Shown: positions 36,814 through 46,982 of the stretch, piece by piece
How the letters are laid out: each line of letters opens with the position of its first letter
Numbering within the stretch: the first letter of the stretch is position 1
Source of the DNA: an uncultured Gammaproteobacteria bacterium
GTDB taxonomy: Bacteria > Patescibacteriota > Patescibacteriia > UBA9934 > CAZDDW01
DNA length: 64,000 nucleotides
Direction: 5' to 3'
NCBI GenBank assembly: GCA_965231015.1
Contig: OZ246408.1
Location: 793,908 to 857,907, forward strand
Position numbers and translations under genes: made by a program
The notes under the pieces: model-generated
What the model saw: only the letters and a program-made list of their open reading frames with translations
What the model was told of the DNA's origin: nothing
Databases searched by the model: none

Positions 36814-38511
36814 TTAAGCCGCAGTAGCCTGTTTTTCGTAGTATTCATCCTTAGCCTCAGCTGTTTCAAGCCCGAGCTCAGCATCTTTCTTGGCAATTAT
36901 TTTTTCAAGCCGCTGAACTACGTTGCGCATAGCATACTGTTTCATCTCATCACTCATTTCTTCTGTGTTTGAACTCATCTCAAAGAGAAGATCCGCAAAC
37001 TCTTTATCGCTAACGTTGGGAAACCTGGCTTCAAAGGCAGGATTATTTTCTGGATACTTTCGAACAAAATCACCCTGACTTTTCATCCACATAATTGTAA
37101 ACGGGCTAACACCGCTGTCCTCTTGACTGTCCTCTTGCATTAATTCTTTTTTCATCCGAAATGAAGAAGTAAGCGATCCAAAAGTCACCCCTAAACCGTG
37201 AACATCCATTAGCGGATCACTGGCTCTGCCGGCAATTGCTTCCGGAGACATATACTTTGGAGTGCCGCTAATCTCATGTCTGAACTCTTCTTGAGGAGGC
37301 AGATCATCCATTCTTATCTCATCACCGGTCACTTCATTCAAATAATCAAGAAGTTCTTGTAAAACCATTTCGGCTCGTTCTTTATCTGCGGAATTGCGAA
37401 CCTTACTATAATGGAGAGCTTTTTCCTCAAATTCATCATACTGCTCTTCTAAAATTCTTTTTCTAGCCTTACGCACAGACTCATCATCTTCCCTATCTTC
37501 AATGCTGTCTTTTTCCTCCTGATAGTACTCCCACATCAAATTTTCTATTTCTACATGCCGTTTTTCCATATCCCGGTACTCCTCCATTTGCAGAGCGGCC
37601 TGCTCCAACAGCGCATCGCGACTTATTCCAAGATCAATTAATTTGGCCTGGTCAGGATGTTCAGGACTGCCCATGATATTATCCGGCTTAACATCCCGAT
37701 GAATAATGCCTCGGTCATGCATTTCAAGCAAAGTCTTGGCCGTGCTCATCATCATTTCCATAGCTACCTTTGAGTCAAGCGGCCCTTTTTCCGTACGCAA
37801 AGTTTTTAAATCCTTACCTTCAATCTTTTCCAAAACAGTTGCAAAAAACGTTTCGTTATCATGAGCACCTTCAAAACGAGCCGCCCCCACAAAGGCTGGC
37901 AGATTTTCAATTGTTTCAGTGTCCCGAGTGCCCAAATATTCCTCTCGCATTTTTTGTGATATTCCCGGTTCAACCACTTTTTCCGGATGCAAAGCCGCGT
38001 GCATGCCAATTTCAGACAAACGATCTTTGCGAACTACCGCGTCTGCTCTATCAGTAGCCAGTTTTACCACCACAGACTCCCGTCCACTAATCGGTCGCCC
38101 ATCTTTGGTCACAGGATGTGCTTCAGCAACCGCTCCCTGATTCCCTGCTCCAAGCACTTGATCGATCTCATAATATATTTCTTCTTCGTTGTTCAACCAA
38201 CGTTCTTCCACCTCTTCTTGAGTGTGTGTAGTGAATCGCTTTGGTACTTCAAAGCTACCGGCTTCCGTCTCGGTAGTAATTTTTATCGTCTCACCAAAAT
38301 CTTCGTGTTCAACCGTCTTTGGCATCCAGCGTTCCACCTGGGCAATATTAATATAATCAAAATTTGACTCAACAGGCTCAACGTCTCGCTCGGCTTGTTC
38401 CTGCTGAACCTGCTCCATAGCTACCCTTCTTTGCTCCTCAAAACTCTCTGGTTTCTTTGGTTTTTCCCTCTCACCTCCATTAAACCACTTAGAAATAAAT
38501 TCAAATGCCAT
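36814..38511 (-). CDS. Hanks-type Ser/Thr protein kinase with a ~100-aa charged insertion in the activation segment
   Basis: LGAGNQGAV glycine loop, VVVK, HRDVKPDN catalytic loop, DLG, GTPKYMSPE; about 125 aa between DLG and SPE. Confidence 0.85.
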   Translation of the reverse strand: MAFEFISKWFNGGEREKPKKPESFEEQRRVAMEQVQQEQAERDVEPVESNFDYINIAQVERWMPKTVEHEDFGETIKITTETEAGSFEVPKRFTTHTQEEVEERWLNNEEEIYYEIDQVLGAGNQGAVAEAHPVTKDGRPISGRESVVVKLATDRADAVVRKDRLSEIGMHAALHPEKVVEPGISQKMREEYLGTRDTETIENLPAFVGAARFEGAHDNETFFATVLEKIEGKDLKTLRTEKGPLDSKVAMEMMMSTAKTLLEMHDRGIIHRDVKPDNIMGSPEHPDQAKLIDLGISRDALLEQAALQMEEYRDMEKRHVEIENLMWEYYQEEKDSIEDREDDESVRKARKRILEEQYDEFEEKALHYSKVRNSADKERAEMVLQELLDYLNEVTGDEIRMDDLPPQEEFRHEISGTPKYMSPEAIAGRASDPLMDVHGLGVTFGSLTSSFRMKKELMQEDSQEDSGVSPFTIMWMKSQGDFVRKYPENNPAFEARFPNVSDKEFADLLFEMSSNTEEMSDEMKQYAMRNVVQRLEKIIAKKDAELGLETAEAKDEYYEKQATAA

Positions 38512-38517
38512 ACTTTT

Positions 38518-38805
38518 TTATGCAACTTTTCGTTGTTTAGATTGTATTTTATAAATAGCGTCGTAAATCTTGCTCACGTCACCGCGTGGTGCTGTAGCTG
38601 CCGCAAAGGCTTGCTTTAGTGATTCATAATCAGGATGATCCGAGCCCAAAGCTTCTAGGAGACGATCCTCCCACTGCTCCAAGTGATGGGCACGTGGTCC
38701 TCCGGCATTATCCGTCTTATCCATGGCCGAGTAAAACTCTTCCAGCTCATTTTCAAAATTGGGTCGGTAGTTAAATTCAAGCTGATCTGGTCTGGATTTT
38801 TCCAT
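38518..38805 (-). CDS. Hypothetical protein (95 aa) immediately upstream of the kinase gene
   Basis: ORF with ATG at 38805 (MEKSRPDQ); 6-nt spacing to the kinase start. Confidence 0.4.
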   Translation of the reverse strand: MEKSRPDQLEFNYRPNFENELEEFYSAMDKTDNAGGPRAHHLEQWEDRLLEALGSDHPDYESLKQAFAAATAPRGDVSKIYDAIYKIQSKQRKVA

Positions 38806-38903
38806 ATGTGAATACTTTATCTTAAGCAAAAAAGATACACAAGTCCTCACACTTAACAAATCCACTAAAATAGGCTATCATACGCGTGAACCTTGTGGGG
38901 TTT

Positions 38904-40370
38904 ATGTCCAAAGACAGTATTGATTTATTGAAAGAAAAATATCAGCTTGAGGAAGCAAGACCAAAGCGCCGGTCCATTCCGTTTGTGGGACGGGTATTTT
39001 TGTTTGTTGTGATTGCCTCAGCCTTGGCTGCCGGGGCTCTTAGTTATCAAGTGACAATCAGTGGTGAAGACGGTGGAACCATGGGAATTTTTTCCACCCT
39101 ACGCAACCTGGTTAGCTCACAGGACAAGCTTTTGGTTGGTGAAGGATCTGATCGAATCAATATTTTAATGCTCGGGATCGGTGGTGAAGGTCATGATGGT
39201 CCGGAGCTGACTGACACCATTATTTTTGCCAGTTACCGACCATCAACTGATGAAGTCGGTATGCTTTCTATCCCGCGCGACATGACGGTCGAGATTCCAG
39301 GCTATGGCTGGCGCAAGGTCAATCATGCCAACGCTTTTGGGGAAATCGGGGAAAAAGGAACCGGTCCTGAATTGGCCGCAGAAGTGATCGGTGACACTTT
39401 GAATCAAGACATTCACTACTACGTCAAGGTAGACTTTGCCGGGTTTGCTGATCTGATTGATGACCTGGGAGGAGTGGATATTTATGTTGAGAATACCTTC
39501 ACTGACTATCAATACCCAACTGACGATTATTTGGTTGAAACGATTCACTTTGATGAGGGGTGGATGCACATGGATGGTGAGACAGCCTTAAAATATGTAC
39601 GCTCACGTCATGGTAATAACGGAGAGGGGTCAGACTTTGCTCGTGCTCGCCGACAGCAACAGCTACTGATGGCGGTTAAAGAAAAATCAATGTCTGCCGG
39701 AACCATTTTAAACCCAAGTAAAATCAGCAACATTCTCACAACTTTGTCTGACCATATTGAAACCAATTTGTCCGCCTGGGAGATTATCCGTCTGGCAACA
39801 CTTGGTCGCGATATTGATCCAGAAAAAATTCAAAACCATGTCCTCGACAACTCAGCGGACAGTCCGCTTTATGCCACCTCCCTAAACGGGGCTTATGTCT
39901 TGCTTCCAAAAAATGATGACTGGGGACCAATCGAACGCATGGCCGCTAATGTTTTTTCAGAAGGAGACGAAACCTACCAAATTGAAGCTCCACCTGAAGA
40001 AGCACCCACTTTTGTCAAAATGGAAATCCAAAACGGAACTAATATTGAGGGTTATGCTTTTCGTACTTCACAACTGTTAGAAGGTCAGGGATTTGAAATT
40101 GTTAAAATTGGCAACGCGGCAGAACGCGGTTACGAACACACGGTCATTTATGACCTGACCGGTGGTGCCCGGCCGGATGAACTTAAACTGGTTCAGGATT
40201 TTTTGGAGGCTGATGTAGCCATGACCGCAGCCGGATGGATTTATACAAACGAAGTTGTTCCACAAGAAATAACGGTTTCTCCGGAAAATCCGGACGCCGA
40301 GCCAACAGAGGAAAACATTGACTTTTTAGTGATTTTAGGAGAAGCTAGTGCTAATCTCGTAATGCGATAA
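38904..40370 (+). CDS. LytR-CpsA-Psr (LCP) family cell-envelope phosphotransferase with a C-terminal LytR_C-like domain
   Basis: N-terminal TM, LCP core (NILMLGIGGEG...DTIIFAS...LSIPRDM); ATG at 38904 preferred over the GTG at 38886. Confidence 0.85.
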   Translation: MSKDSIDLLKEKYQLEEARPKRRSIPFVGRVFLFVVIASALAAGALSYQVTISGEDGGTMGIFSTLRNLVSSQDKLLVGEGSDRINILMLGIGGEGHDGPELTDTIIFASYRPSTDEVGMLSIPRDMTVEIPGYGWRKVNHANAFGEIGEKGTGPELAAEVIGDTLNQDIHYYVKVDFAGFADLIDDLGGVDIYVENTFTDYQYPTDDYLVETIHFDEGWMHMDGETALKYVRSRHGNNGEGSDFARARRQQQLLMAVKEKSMSAGTILNPSKISNILTTLSDHIETNLSAWEIIRLATLGRDIDPEKIQNHVLDNSADSPLYATSLNGAYVLLPKNDDWGPIERMAANVFSEGDETYQIEAPPEEAPTFVKMEIQNGTNIEGYAFRTSQLLEGQGFEIVKIGNAAERGYEHTVIYDLTGGARPDELKLVQDFLEADVAMTAAGWIYTNEVVPQEITVSPENPDAEPTEENIDFLVILGEASANLVMR

Positions 40371-40441
40371 ACCCGAAATTCGAAGATCGAAATTCAAAAT
40401 GTTTCGGATTTCGTGCTTCGAGCTTCGGATTTTTTCTTACT

Positions 40442-41773
40442 ATGATTCCAAAAATTGCTATCATTGGCCGAGCCAATGTTGGAAAATCAACTCTCTTTAA
40501 TCGTCTGGTAGAACGCCAGAAAGCTTTAGTTTCCAAAATCCCCGGCACCACTAGAGATCGAAACGAAGCTGATTGTTTATGGCGCGGTAAAATTATTCGT
40601 ATAATTGATACCGGGGGCATGGATGTGGATTGGAAAAATGAAATTGAACAAAAAATCGTAGCGCAAGCTCGCAAAGCCATGGATGAAGCGGACGTGATTT
40701 TATTCCTGGTTGATGCCAGAGCCGGACTAATGCCACTTGATGAAACCCTAGCCAAAGAACTAGCAAAAAGTACCAAGCCAGTCATTCCGGTTGTGAACAA
40801 GATTGATGGGGTTAAGAAACTGCCGGAATGGAAATGGCCTCTTTCTGATCCATGCGCAATTTCCGCAGCTAAAGGAAACGGGGTCGGTGATTTGCTAGAT
40901 GAAATCTATGAAACACTCAAAAAATTAAAGAAGCATCCCGCTGATATTACTGAGGTCACTTCCAGTCACATTGCCGTGATCGGAAAACCAAACGTGGGTA
41001 AATCTTCGTTTATTAATAAAGTACTTGGCGAAGAACGGTTTATTGTTTCTGGGACCGCTCACACTACCCGTGAACCAAACGACACTGAAGTGGAAGTTGG
41101 TGGTAAGAAGTACGTATTGATTGACACAGCCGGGATTAGAAAGCTGGCCAAAGTTAAAAAGGCACGCACGCTGGAAACTGCTAGTGTACGACGTAGTCTT
41201 GATACTCTAAAAAAAGCCGATGTGGCTCTTTTTGTGATCGACATCAGCAAACCCATTACCGCACAAGACAAAATTTTGGCCGGACTTATTATTGACGCTC
41301 GAGTAGGCACTGTGATTGTGGCTAATAAGTGGGACTTGATTGAAGATAAGGAAACCAACATCAACCAAAAATTCAATAAAAAAATCCACAATACTTTCCC
41401 CTACTTTACTTGGGCACCGATCATTTATACCTCGGCCAAGTCCGGACAGCGAGTTAAAAAAGTTTTTGAATTGGTTGATGAAGTTCAGCAGGCTCGCTAC
41501 AAAGAAATCTCTCAAGAGGAACTTGATACATTTTTAGCGCGAGCCATGCGCAAACAAAAACCTCTACGCGGAAAAGGGGCCGGTTTTCCAAAAATTGTTG
41601 GCTTTTCTCAAATTGGTATTGCCCCCCCAAGATTCCAACTGGTGGTCAAGGGTAAATATACCGAGGCTTTAAATAAAGCTTACGTTCGATACCTGGAAAA
41701 CAGTCTTCGCGAACATTTTAAATTGATCGGAACTCCTGTTAAAATAAGCGTAAGAGCTAGTAAAAAAGTATGA
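40442..41773 (+). CDS. der: Ribosome-biogenesis GTPase Der/EngA (two GTPase domains + KH-like)
   Basis: Two G1 boxes (GRANVGKST, GKPNVGKSS). Confidence 0.95.
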   Translation: MIPKIAIIGRANVGKSTLFNRLVERQKALVSKIPGTTRDRNEADCLWRGKIIRIIDTGGMDVDWKNEIEQKIVAQARKAMDEADVILFLVDARAGLMPLDETLAKELAKSTKPVIPVVNKIDGVKKLPEWKWPLSDPCAISAAKGNGVGDLLDEIYETLKKLKKHPADITEVTSSHIAVIGKPNVGKSSFINKVLGEERFIVSGTAHTTREPNDTEVEVGGKKYVLIDTAGIRKLAKVKKARTLETASVRRSLDTLKKADVALFVIDISKPITAQDKILAGLIIDARVGTVIVANKWDLIEDKETNINQKFNKKIHNTFPYFTWAPIIYTSAKSGQRVKKVFELVDEVQQARYKEISQEELDTFLARAMRKQKPLRGKGAGFPKIVGFSQIGIAPPRFQLVVKGKYTEALNKAYVRYLENSLREHFKLIGTPVKISVRASKKV

Positions 41774-42303
41774 TCTTAGTTGTCGGACTGGGAAACCCTG
41801 GCAAAAAGTACGAAGACACACGTCACAACGTGGGCATGATTGTGGTAGATCGATTAGCAGAAAAAAATGGAGCCAATTGGAAAAATAAGTCGCGTTGGAA
41901 GGCTGAGGTTGCTGAAACCGAGCTCGAAAACCACAAGGTTCTGCTGATAAAACCCCAAACCTTCATGAACAATTCCGGCCAAGCTGTACAGGCGGCTCGA
42001 GGCTGGTTTAAAAAGGTGCCAGTTGATCAAATCGTGGTTGTACACGATGAGGCTGATTTGCCGTTTGGAGAAGTTCGGGTTAAGCAAGGTGGTGGTTCAG
42101 CCGGACACAATGGAATTAAGTCGATTGAGCAACACCTGGGCAGCCCGGAATTCTGGCGTGTGCGCGTTGGCGTGGGCAAACCCGAGCATCCGCATGTGCC
42201 GCTCGACCAATGGGTGTTAGGTGAGTTTAGTAAGGACGAAAAAGATCAACTCGATTCGATTGCCGAAGAGGCAATAATCAAAATTCACGAAACCCTGAAC
42301 TAA
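41770..42303 (+). CDS. pth: Peptidyl-tRNA hydrolase
   Basis: GLGNPG, HNGIKS motifs; ATGA overlap with der. Confidence 0.95.
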   Translation: MILVVGLGNPGKKYEDTRHNVGMIVVDRLAEKNGANWKNKSRWKAEVAETELENHKVLLIKPQTFMNNSGQAVQAARGWFKKVPVDQIVVVHDEADLPFGEVRVKQGGGSAGHNGIKSIEQHLGSPEFWRVRVGVGKPEHPHVPLDQWVLGEFSKDEKDQLDSIAEEAIIKIHETLN

Positions 42304-42367
42304 TATCCACACAGACAGCATTGACAAAACCATTTTTTCGTGGTAAAAACGAGATACTAATAAAAAG

Positions 42368-42397
42368 ACTCCCCATTTCTGCGGGAGTTTTGTTTTT
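42368..42397 (+). terminator. Hairpin (ACTCCC-catttctgc-GGGAGT) + T-rich run after pth, immediately before the dprA ATG
   Basis: 6-bp stem, TTTTGTTTTT. Confidence 0.3.
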
Positions 42398-43483
42398 ATG
42401 AACAATGATCTTAAATATTTAATCGCCTTATTGCGATTTAGAAAGTTCGGAGCCAAGCGCACAGCTTACTTGCGCAATTTTTTTGATTCTTGGCAGAACG
42501 CGTTCCAAGCCTCGCTCTCTGAACTCATTGAGGCTGGGATCGATTCAAAAGTAGCCGAGGAGTTTGTGACCCAACATCGTTCGATTGAACCGGATCGCGA
42601 GCTCGAGCTGATGAACCAACACAAAATCAACTTGATTCCTTTTGGCGACTCGGCCTACCCCAAGCGTTTAGCCACGATCTACGATCCGCCGGCTGCTCTA
42701 TTTATTCGCGGTACCCTGTCCGAACCTGAAGTACAATATTTTTCAGTCGTAGGAACCAGAAAACTTACGCGTTACGGCGAACAAGCCGTGTATGAAATTG
42801 TGCCAAACTTGGCTAAAGCAGGACTTGTGATTACGAGTGGACTGGCGCTCGGAATTGATACTCTTGCTCACAAAGCTACGCTCATAGCCGGTGGCAAAAC
42901 CGTGGCTGTGTTACCCGGGGGAATTGATGACGAGTCAATCGTCCCTAAACAAAATCGAAATCTGGCCAGCGAAATCATTAATTCCGGTGGAGCCATAATC
43001 AGTGAATTTCCACCCGGCACTGGTTCATTTAAGGGTAGTTTTCCTTTCCGTAACCGCATTATTTCCGGTTTGTCCAACGGAACGTTAGTCATCGAGGCCG
43101 CAGAGCGCTCCGGAAGTCTGATCACAGCCAAAACAGCCCTGGAACAAAATCGAGATGTTTTTGCCGTGCCTGGCCCCATCACCTCGCCCACTTCTCTCGG
43201 CCCCAACAACCTCATCAAAATGGGTGCCACCCCCACCACAGAACCGGCTGATATCCTAGGTCATTATGACATCAACGGACACGTAATAAATTTACCCATA
43301 GTCGAACCAACTGATGAAATCGAGTTGTTAATATTTGAAAATCTTTCTAAAGAGCCTACACACATTAACCTCATTGTCTCGACCACCAAACTAGACGCCG
43401 CTAAGGTCGCGGGGGCTCTGACCTTAATGGAGATGAAAGGTATGATTCGCCATCTTGGAGGCATGAATTTCGTAAGGCGGTAA
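42398..43483 (+). CDS. dprA: DNA processing protein DprA/Smf
   Basis: Rossmann-like DprA core (VVGTRK...GLALGIDTLAH...ERSGSLITA). Confidence 0.9.
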   Translation: MNNDLKYLIALLRFRKFGAKRTAYLRNFFDSWQNAFQASLSELIEAGIDSKVAEEFVTQHRSIEPDRELELMNQHKINLIPFGDSAYPKRLATIYDPPAALFIRGTLSEPEVQYFSVVGTRKLTRYGEQAVYEIVPNLAKAGLVITSGLALGIDTLAHKATLIAGGKTVAVLPGGIDDESIVPKQNRNLASEIINSGGAIISEFPPGTGSFKGSFPFRNRIISGLSNGTLVIEAAERSGSLITAKTALEQNRDVFAVPGPITSPTSLGPNNLIKMGATPTTEPADILGHYDINGHVINLPIVEPTDEIELLIFENLSKEPTHINLIVSTTKLDAAKVAGALTLMEMKGMIRHLGGMNFVRR

Positions 43484-43534
43484 ATGACTTCATGTATGCA
43501 TTTATACATGTATGCATTTTTTCATTTAATAAAT

Positions 43535-43903
43535 ATGAATCAACAAGATCTGAAATTCAAAACACTTAATTTTAGCAAACAAACGATTCAGCTCTGCCGG
43601 GCTCTGTCGTCGGACACCATCTCAAAACCGATAATAAATCAATTGATCCGTTCGGCAACAAGTGTTGGAGCTAATTATCGTGAAGCTTGTGCTGCCTGTT
43701 CAGCACTCGATTTCAGACATAAAATTTATATATGTCGGAAAGAAGCCGAGGAAAGTGAATATTGGATACAACTGCTTTTTAACTGTTTTCCTAACCAAAA
43801 CAACCAAATTCAGGAACTCTTCGATGAATGTAAAGAAGTAAAAAAGATTTTCTGTGCCAGCACAATGACAATAGAAAAGTCACGAAAACTTAACAATGAA
43901 TAA
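43535..43903 (+). CDS. Four-helix-bundle protein of the 23S rRNA-intervening-sequence protein family
   Basis: SVGANYREA...DFRHKIYICRKEAEESEYWIQL signature; 122 aa from MNQQD. Confidence 0.65.
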   Translation: MNQQDLKFKTLNFSKQTIQLCRALSSDTISKPIINQLIRSATSVGANYREACAACSALDFRHKIYICRKEAEESEYWIQLLFNCFPNQNNQIQELFDECKEVKKIFCASTMTIEKSRKLNNE

Positions 43904-43947
43904 TTGTATAAATTAATAGATGGATAGATAAATGTATTTCCTCAGAC

Positions 43948-43980
43948 TTGACATAAGTAGGTCATATACATTATCTTATA
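43948..43980 (+). promoter_or_regulatory. TTGACA -35 with an AT-rich TATCTTATA -10 region ending about 5 nt before the topA ATG (leaderless-type)
   Basis: TTGACA at 43948..43953. Confidence 0.3.
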
Positions 43981-43984
43981 GGCC

Positions 43985-46207
43985 ATGTCACGTTTAGTAA
44001 TCGTTGAGTCACCAACGAAAGCCAAAACCATTTCTAAATTTCTAGGGAAAGGATACAACGTCCTCTCCTCTTTTGGTCATATCAGGGATTTACCGAAAAG
44101 TACCACCGGGGTTGATGTTGAGAATGATTTTAAACCAAAATTTGTTATCCCAACGGCCAAACGAAAAACCGTGACCGCTTTAAAAAAGGCGGCTGAAAAG
44201 GCTGATGAAATTTTGTTCGCTACTGATGAAGACCGAGAGGGAGAAGCTATCAGCTGGCATTTGGCAGAAATTTTAGATGTGCCGGCTGAAAAAATTAAAC
44301 GAATTGTTTTTCACGAAATTACCAAGGACGCGATTAATGAGGCCTTGAAAAACCCGCGGCCAATCGACATGAAGCTTGTCGATGCACAACAAGCACGTCG
44401 CATCCTAGATCGATTGGTAGGTTATGAACTAAGTCCGTTTTTGTGGCACAAAATCCGCCGTGGACTTTCTGCTGGTCGAGTTCAATCAGTGGCCGTACGA
44501 TTAATTGTTGAGCGCGAGCGCGAACGAGATGCTTTTGAAAGCGAAGAGTACTGGTCAATAGAAAGTATTCTGAAAAAAGACAACACAGAATTCGAAACTA
44601 AGCTCACTGCAGAAGATGGAAAAAAGCTCGACAAGCTGGAGATCAAGAACGAAGCTCAGGCCAGTAAAATTCTTGATGAACTCAAAGGTACAGACTGGAA
44701 AGTTGCCAGCGTTAAGAAGACAGAGAAAAAACGCAAATCCCCTACCCCATTTACAACTTCAAAGCTGCAACAGGCAGCCAACAATAAACTCGGTTTCTCA
44801 GCCAAGAAAACCATGATGATTGCTCAGCAACTTTATGAAGGTATTGATGTTGGCAGTGAAGGATCGGTTGGTTTAATCACTTACATGCGTACTGACTCGC
44901 TCAATCTTTCAGATAAATTTCTCACTGATGCGGAAAACCACATCAAAGATAACCTTGGAGCAGAATTCCATCAGCGTCAGGTTTATAAAACCAAAAGTAA
45001 GGGGGCCCAAGAAGCGCACGAAGCCATTCGTCCAACCGAAGCTTTCCGACACCCAGACAAAATCAAGGACTCATTGAGCTCAGATCAATTCAAGTTATAT
45101 GACTTAATCTGGCGGCGCTCCATTGCCAGCCAAATGCCAGAAGCGATCTTTGACTCAACTTCGGTAGACATTAATGCTTCGCGCTACACCTTCCATGCTA
45201 CTGGATCAGTGATTAAGTTTGAGGGATTCTTAAAAGTATATAAAGAAAAGAGAAAAGAAACCATCCTGCCTGAAATGAATGAAGGTGATGCGCTCGACCT
45301 CGTTAAACTGGAACCAAAACAACACTTCACTGAACCACCGGCCCGCTACACCGACGCTTCTCTTGTCAAAGCTTTGGAAGAGCATGAAATCGGACGACCT
45401 TCAACTTATGCTCCTACCATTGCCACAATTATTGACCGAGGCTATGTTGAACGAGATGAAAAGAAACATCTATTCCCGGATGATATTGCCTATACCGTCA
45501 ACGATATGCTAGTGGAACATTTTCCTGACATTGTTGATTTAAAGTTTACTGCCAAAATGGAAAAAAATCTGGATGAAGTAGCTGAAGGAGATATTGAGTG
45601 GGTTCCACTTCTTAGTACCTTTTATCATCCGTTTCACGAAAACCTGGAAAAGAAAGAAAAGGAAGTTAAAAAAATTAAAAAAGAAGACGTACAAACTGAC
45701 ATCGAATGTGACAAGTGTGGCAAAACAATGGTAATAAAGGATGGGCGTTTCGGTAAATTCCTGGCCTGTTCTGGATTTCCTGATTGTAAAAACACTAAGC
45801 CGGTCAAAGAAAACGGAGATGGAGAACCGGAAGTCGATGAAGAAACAACGGACGAAAAGTGTCCCAAGTGTGGCGGCGACATGGTAGTTAAACATGGGCG
45901 TTTCGGTAAATTCCTGTCTTGTTCAAATTATCCGGAATGTAAGAGCATTAAATCAATTGCCAAAGGAACCGGAGTCAGCTGTCCGCAATGCCAAAAAGGT
46001 GAACTGTCTGAAAAAAGAACCCGGCGTGGAAAAACTTTTTACGGTTGTGACCAATATCCAGATTGTGACTTTGCACTGTGGAGCAAACCGACCGGAGCTA
46101 AATGCCCGGAATGTAAATCATTGGTGGTCTTTGGAGCCAAAGACACGGTGAGATGTTCAAGTAAAGAATGTAAATGGAAAGACAAAGCTCCAACCAAATC
46201 AGAATAA
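43985..46207 (+). CDS. topA: DNA topoisomerase I with C-terminal zinc ribbons
   Basis: Toprim LVIVESPTKAKTI, active-site GLITYMRTDS, 3 C4 zinc ribbons. Confidence 0.95.
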   Translation: MSRLVIVESPTKAKTISKFLGKGYNVLSSFGHIRDLPKSTTGVDVENDFKPKFVIPTAKRKTVTALKKAAEKADEILFATDEDREGEAISWHLAEILDVPAEKIKRIVFHEITKDAINEALKNPRPIDMKLVDAQQARRILDRLVGYELSPFLWHKIRRGLSAGRVQSVAVRLIVERERERDAFESEEYWSIESILKKDNTEFETKLTAEDGKKLDKLEIKNEAQASKILDELKGTDWKVASVKKTEKKRKSPTPFTTSKLQQAANNKLGFSAKKTMMIAQQLYEGIDVGSEGSVGLITYMRTDSLNLSDKFLTDAENHIKDNLGAEFHQRQVYKTKSKGAQEAHEAIRPTEAFRHPDKIKDSLSSDQFKLYDLIWRRSIASQMPEAIFDSTSVDINASRYTFHATGSVIKFEGFLKVYKEKRKETILPEMNEGDALDLVKLEPKQHFTEPPARYTDASLVKALEEHEIGRPSTYAPTIATIIDRGYVERDEKKHLFPDDIAYTVNDMLVEHFPDIVDLKFTAKMEKNLDEVAEGDIEWVPLLSTFYHPFHENLEKKEKEVKKIKKEDVQTDIECDKCGKTMVIKDGRFGKFLACSGFPDCKNTKPVKENGDGEPEVDEETTDEKCPKCGGDMVVKHGRFGKFLSCSNYPECKSIKSIAKGTGVSCPQCQKGELSEKRTRRGKTFYGCDQYPDCDFALWSKPTGAKCPECKSLVVFGAKDTVRCSSKECKWKDKAPTKSE

Positions 46208-46210
46208 ACC

Positions 46211-46236
46211 AAAACCCCGCATAATCGCGGGGTTTT
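46211..46236. terminator. Bidirectional rho-independent terminator AAAA-CCCCGC-ataatc-GCGGGG-TTTT
   Basis: Perfect 6-bp GC stem flanked by A4/T4. Confidence 0.7.
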
Positions 46237-46240
46237 AAAA

Positions 46241-46900
46241 TTATTTTTTCTTATCTTTCTTTTTATCTTTTTCCTTCTTCTTTTCCTTTTCCTCTTTTTC
46301 CCATGGTGGCTCTGGCACATCTTCCTTCAAAATCTTTTTAAAATGATCCTTGTGCTTTTCACCCCACTTAAGATCAATCTTTTTCCCAGAACTACCAAAC
46401 GCCAAAATTAAATTTACCGTTCCCTCTGTTAACTTGGCCAATCCACCTAATACTTCCCCGGTAATTCCAGAGTAGGCCGCCCGAAACGATCGAAAGCCCC
46501 ATTTTTCAACCCGCCACATGGTGTTGCGGAACTTGTTTCTAACACCACCAAACACAAATCGTCCGGCTTCCCAGACAGGGACTCCGACTGCTGCCCCGGC
46601 TGCGGCAGGATATTTCAACCACTGATTCTTGATCGGCGTTCCATACTCATCCTCCTCTTCCGGTTGTGACTCCGGCTTTGTTTCTTCTTCTAAGTCACCC
46701 TCCGCTTCCAGAGCCGCCTGTTCAGCATTCAGGCGTGCTTGTTCAACCAGGTGAGTCCGTTCAGCTTCAGAAATTGGCACCCCGCGTTCACGCTGCCGTT
46801 TTATTTCTTCTTGTATACTTTGAACCGCTGTTTCAACTCTTCGTCGTATAAGCTCGTCACGGTTTCGATCCGGAGTTGAGCCTGTTTCTGGTGAGGTCAT
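46241..46900 (-). CDS. Hypothetical protein with a Lys/Glu-rich C-terminal tail
   Basis: Intact ORF converging on the topA terminator. Confidence 0.55.
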   Translation of the reverse strand: MTSPETGSTPDRNRDELIRRRVETAVQSIQEEIKRQRERGVPISEAERTHLVEQARLNAEQAALEAEGDLEEETKPESQPEEEDEYGTPIKNQWLKYPAAAGAAVGVPVWEAGRFVFGGVRNKFRNTMWRVEKWGFRSFRAAYSGITGEVLGGLAKLTEGTVNLILAFGSSGKKIDLKWGEKHKDHFKKILKEDVPEPPWEKEEKEKKKEKDKKKDKKK

Positions 46901-46982
46901 ATTTTTATCTTAATTAACCCTATGCTATCAAACAAAAACCGACTTTACAAGAAGCTAATTTAAGCGTAGGCTTATAGGTATT

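Noticed and set aside
40351-40800. 149-aa minus-strand ORF
   Set aside because: Antisense to the start of der, which is unambiguous; no RBS
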